From the NCBI GenBank assembly GCA_002269645.1, contig NIVC01003293.1:1-64000 (forward strand): a stretch of 64,000 bases of DNA. The letters run 5' to 3'. This document shows positions 60,200 through 64,000 of this stretch, in pieces. How positions within the stretch are numbered: position 1 is the stretch's first letter; each line of letters starts with the position of its first letter. A program made the translations under genes and the position numbers. The DNA is from Macrostomum lignano. Lineage: Eukaryota. The notes under the pieces were generated by a model. It worked only from the letters and a program-made list of their open reading frames with translations, was not told the origin of the DNA and ran no database searches.

Positions 60200-62655
60200 C
60201 CCTCTCGATCTGATCCTTCGGTCTTCAACCTCCCTGATCCTTTGATCTATACCCTCTCTGATCATTAGATCTACACCCTCCTAATTCTTTGATATACACC
60301 CTCCCTGATCTACACCCTCCCTGATCTACACCCTCCCTGATCTACACTCTCCCTGATCTACACCCTCCCTGATCTACACTCTCCCTGATCTACACCCTCC
60401 CTGATCTACACTCTCCCTTGATCTACACTCTCCCTTGATCTACACTCTCCCTTGATCTACACTCTCCCTTGATCTACACTCTCCCTGATCTACACCCTGC
60501 TGATCTACACTCTCCCTGATCTACACTCTCCCTGATCTACACCCTCCCTGATCTACACCCTCCCTGATCTACACTCTCCCTTGATCTACACCCTCCCTGA
60601 TCTACACTCTCCCTTGATCTACACTCTCCCTGATCTACACCCTGCTGATCTACACTCTCCCTGATCTACACTCTCCCTGATCTACACCCTCCCTGATCTA
60701 CACCCTCCCTGATCTACACCCTCCCTGATCTACACTCTCCCTTGATCTACGGTACACCCTCCCTGATCTACACTCTCCCTGATCTGCACTCTCCCTGATC
60801 TACACTCTCCCTGATCTACACTCTCCCTGATCTACACTCTCCCTGATCTACACTCTCCCTGATTTACACTCTCCCTGATCTACACTCTCCCTGATCTACA
60901 CTCTCCCTGATCTACACTCTCCCTGATCTACACTCTCCCTGATCTACACCCTCCCTGATCTACACCCTCCCTGATCTACACCCTCCCTGATCTACACCCT
61001 CCCTGATCTACACTCTCCCTTGATCTACACTCTCCCTGATCTACACTCTCCCTGATCTACACTCTCCCTTGATCTACATTCTCCCTGATCTACACTCTCC
61101 CTTGATCTACACTCTCCCTTGATCTACATTCTCCATTGATCTACACTCTCCCTTGATCTACACCGTCCTTGATCTACACTCTCCCAGATCTACATCTCTC
61201 TGATCTACACTCTCCCTGATCTACACTCTCCCTGATCTACACTCTCCCTGATCTACACTCTCCCTTGATCTACACTCTCCCTTGATCTACATTCTCCATT
61301 GATCTACACTCTCCCTGATCTACACCCTCCCTGATCTACACCCTCCCTGATCTACACTCTCCCTTGATCTACACTCTCCCTTGATCTACACTCTCCCTGA
61401 TCTACACCCTGCTGATCTACACTCTCCCAGATCTACACCTCTCTGATCTACACCCTCCTTGATCTACACTCTCCCTGATCTACACTCTCCCTGATCTACA
61501 CTCTCCCTGATCTACACCCTGCTGATCTACACTCTCCCAGATCTACACCTCTCTGATCTACACCCTCCTTGATCTACACTCTCCCTTGATCTACACTCTC
61601 CCTTGATCTACATTCTCCATTGATCTACACTCTCCCTTGATCTACACCGTCCTTGATCTACACCGTCCTTGATCTACACTCTCCCAGATCTACACCCTGC
61701 TGATCTACACTCTCTCTTGATCTACACTCTCCCTGATCTACACCCTCCTTGATCTACACTCTCCCTGATCTACACCCTGCTGATCTACACTCTCCCAGAT
61801 CTACACCTCTCTGATCTACACTCTCCCTGATCTACACCCTCCCTGATCTACACCCTCCTTGATCTACACTCTCCCTGATCTACACCCTGCTGATCTACAC
61901 TCTCCCAGATCTACACTCTCCCTGATCTACACCCTCCCTGATCTACACTCTCCCTGATCTACACTCTCCCTGATCTACACCCTGCTGATCTACACTCTCC
62001 CTTGATCTACACTCTCCCTGATCTACACTCTCCCTGATCTACACCCTCCCTTGATCTACACTCTCCCTGATCTACACTCTCCCTGATCTACACCCTCCCT
62101 GATCTACACCCTCCCTGATCTACACCTCTCTGATCTACACTCTCCCTGATCTACACCCTCCTTGATCTACACTCTCCCTGATCTACACCCTGCTGATCTA
62201 CACTCTCCCAGATCTACACCTCTCTGATCTACACTCTCCCTGATCTACACCCTGCTGATCTACACTCTCCCAGATCTACACCTCTCTGATCTACACCCTC
62301 CCTGATCTACACCCTCCTTGATCTACACTCTCCCTGATCTACACCCTTCTGATCTACACTCTCCCAGATCTACACCTCTCTGATCTACACCCTCCCTGAT
62401 CTACACTCTCCCTGATCTACACCCTCCCTGATCTACACCCTGCTGATCTACACTCTCCCTTGATCTACACTCTCCCTGATCTACACTCTCCCTGATCTAC
62501 ACCCTCCCTGATCTACACCCTCCCTGATCTACACCTCTCTGATCTACACTCTCCCTGATCTACACCCTCCCTGATCTACACCCTCCCTGATCTACACCCT
62601 CCCTGATCTACACTCTCCCTGATCTACACCCTCCTTGATCTACACCCTCCCTGAT
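60200..62655. repeat. 16/17-bp minisatellite (GATCTACACTCTCCCT)n, about 2.4 kb
   Basis: About 145 copies. Confidence 0.98.
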
Positions 62656-64000
62656 AAATAAAAAATTAAATCTTTGACTCCAAGTAAAAAAACAGCTCTC
62701 TTTAAAATTAACGAGCATGTCAGTAAAACAAGTTTTTGCGTAACGGCTACCTGTTTACTGAATGCTTTAATATTAACCTAAACGAGAAGTTTAAATGTGA
62801 GGCTGTAAGAAAACATATCTGTTCACTTTGTACACCGATGCTTTTTTAACACCCTGGGAATTCCCGTGGAAAGCTAAGCTTAAATTAGCTTGAAGTACAT
62901 TAGCTCGTTGGGCGAAAGGGGTACGGGCCGCGAGTCACGTGATCTGATTCGGTCTTTTTGTATCCTTTACTTCCTCTTAACCTTTCTACGAACTAGCTAA
63001 AAGCGGCAAGGCAGGAAAGCAAGGAAACACGCCGATCCAAGCAGTATCACGTGAATGTTGAAGTTGAATCGTTTTAGAATCACATGTAGATGAACTGCGC
63101 AGATTTTGTTAAGGTGTTTAGTTTTCATAATTCAATCTAGCAATACAGTTCATTCGGCTCTTTTAGAAGCAGAAATTATACGGAAGTGCGTGATAAAGTA
63201 AATTTTCAAATTGATGATCACCAGCTCGCAAGTCAGAAGAGAAAAACCTGCTGATGTTTTTTGGGCCATAAACCCTCACATACCAGTAAGTGCCGAAATG
63301 TGCAACTGTTAGCTCGCAATAACAAAAACACCCGATCCCCACAGATCTTGTGGTGGTCCCAGAAGAAATTTTCTATTTTAGAATCAGAGCTTAGGGACCA
63401 ACTTTAAACTTTTAGCTGCTTGATTTTTAGAAAAATTTTGTCCCTGTGACCTCACGTACTTTGCGGGGCTTTTATGAATAATAACCACAATAATAATAAT
63501 ATTTATAGAACATACCAATTTTGAATTTGTTTGGTTCCGCTTTCCTACTCGTTTAAAGTTCATGAACAGGTTGCTGTATTTTTTACAATTAAATAAAATA
63601 AAATTATTGTGTTACAACTGGGGTGAGCAAAATGTTTGGCCTAAAGGCCCAGATAAAGATCCTAGCTAATGGCCAGGTGAGAGAGGAAATCGAGGAGAGA
63701 AGAGAAAGAAGATAAAAAGATAGAGAGAGAGAGAAGATGAGAGGATAGAGAAAAGAAGGGGGAGAGAGGAGAGAAGGGAGCTGAGAAGAGACAAGCCTTA
63801 AGCGGACCGGATTGCTATTGTGAAGTTTCAAAGGACCTGAGGGCCGGATAGAGAGGCTTCGCGGGCCGTGGGCTTGCAGACTATTGTGTTGAAAGAAACA
63901 AATCAAGTAAATTCTGTTTTAAAGTGTTTATGCTGTGTTCAGAATTTGACTAGAAATAATCATAGATATATTTGTTTTAAATAGCAATCATTATCATCAT

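Noticed and set aside
62935-63054. Two TCACGTGA (E-box/CLEAR-like) sites 112 bp apart
   Set aside because: No TSS or target gene can be tied to them from sequence alone; two 8-mers are weak evidence.

Overview
Eukaryotic, intron-rich genomic DNA. It is metazoan, and the very high density of intronic minisatellites fits a free-living flatworm such as Macrostomum (inference only). Three multi-exon minus-strand genes could be reconstructed by hand with phase-consistent splice sites. (1) A rhodopsin-class, aminergic-like GPCR (11766->1353) keeps the amine-binding pocket but has lost essentially all canonical activation microswitches. (2) A single-domain LAMP-family lysosomal membrane glycoprotein (23446->19752). 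(3) A full-length conventional beta-spectrin (56043->34888; 17 coding exons; 2 CH domains, 17 spectrin repeats, PH domain; about 2,395 aa once five 1-bp homopolymer deletions are corrected). The window also holds an unidentified minus-strand gene (31997->30343), a piggyBac remnant fused to a Penelope-like retroelement fragment, an internally deleted hAT element with an apparent 5-bp TSD, two tRNA-derived SINE families, and about 30 different tandem-repeat arrays. 14 of the 16 spectrin coding-region introns each carry their own array. Most ORFs in the supplied track are artefacts of these arrays.
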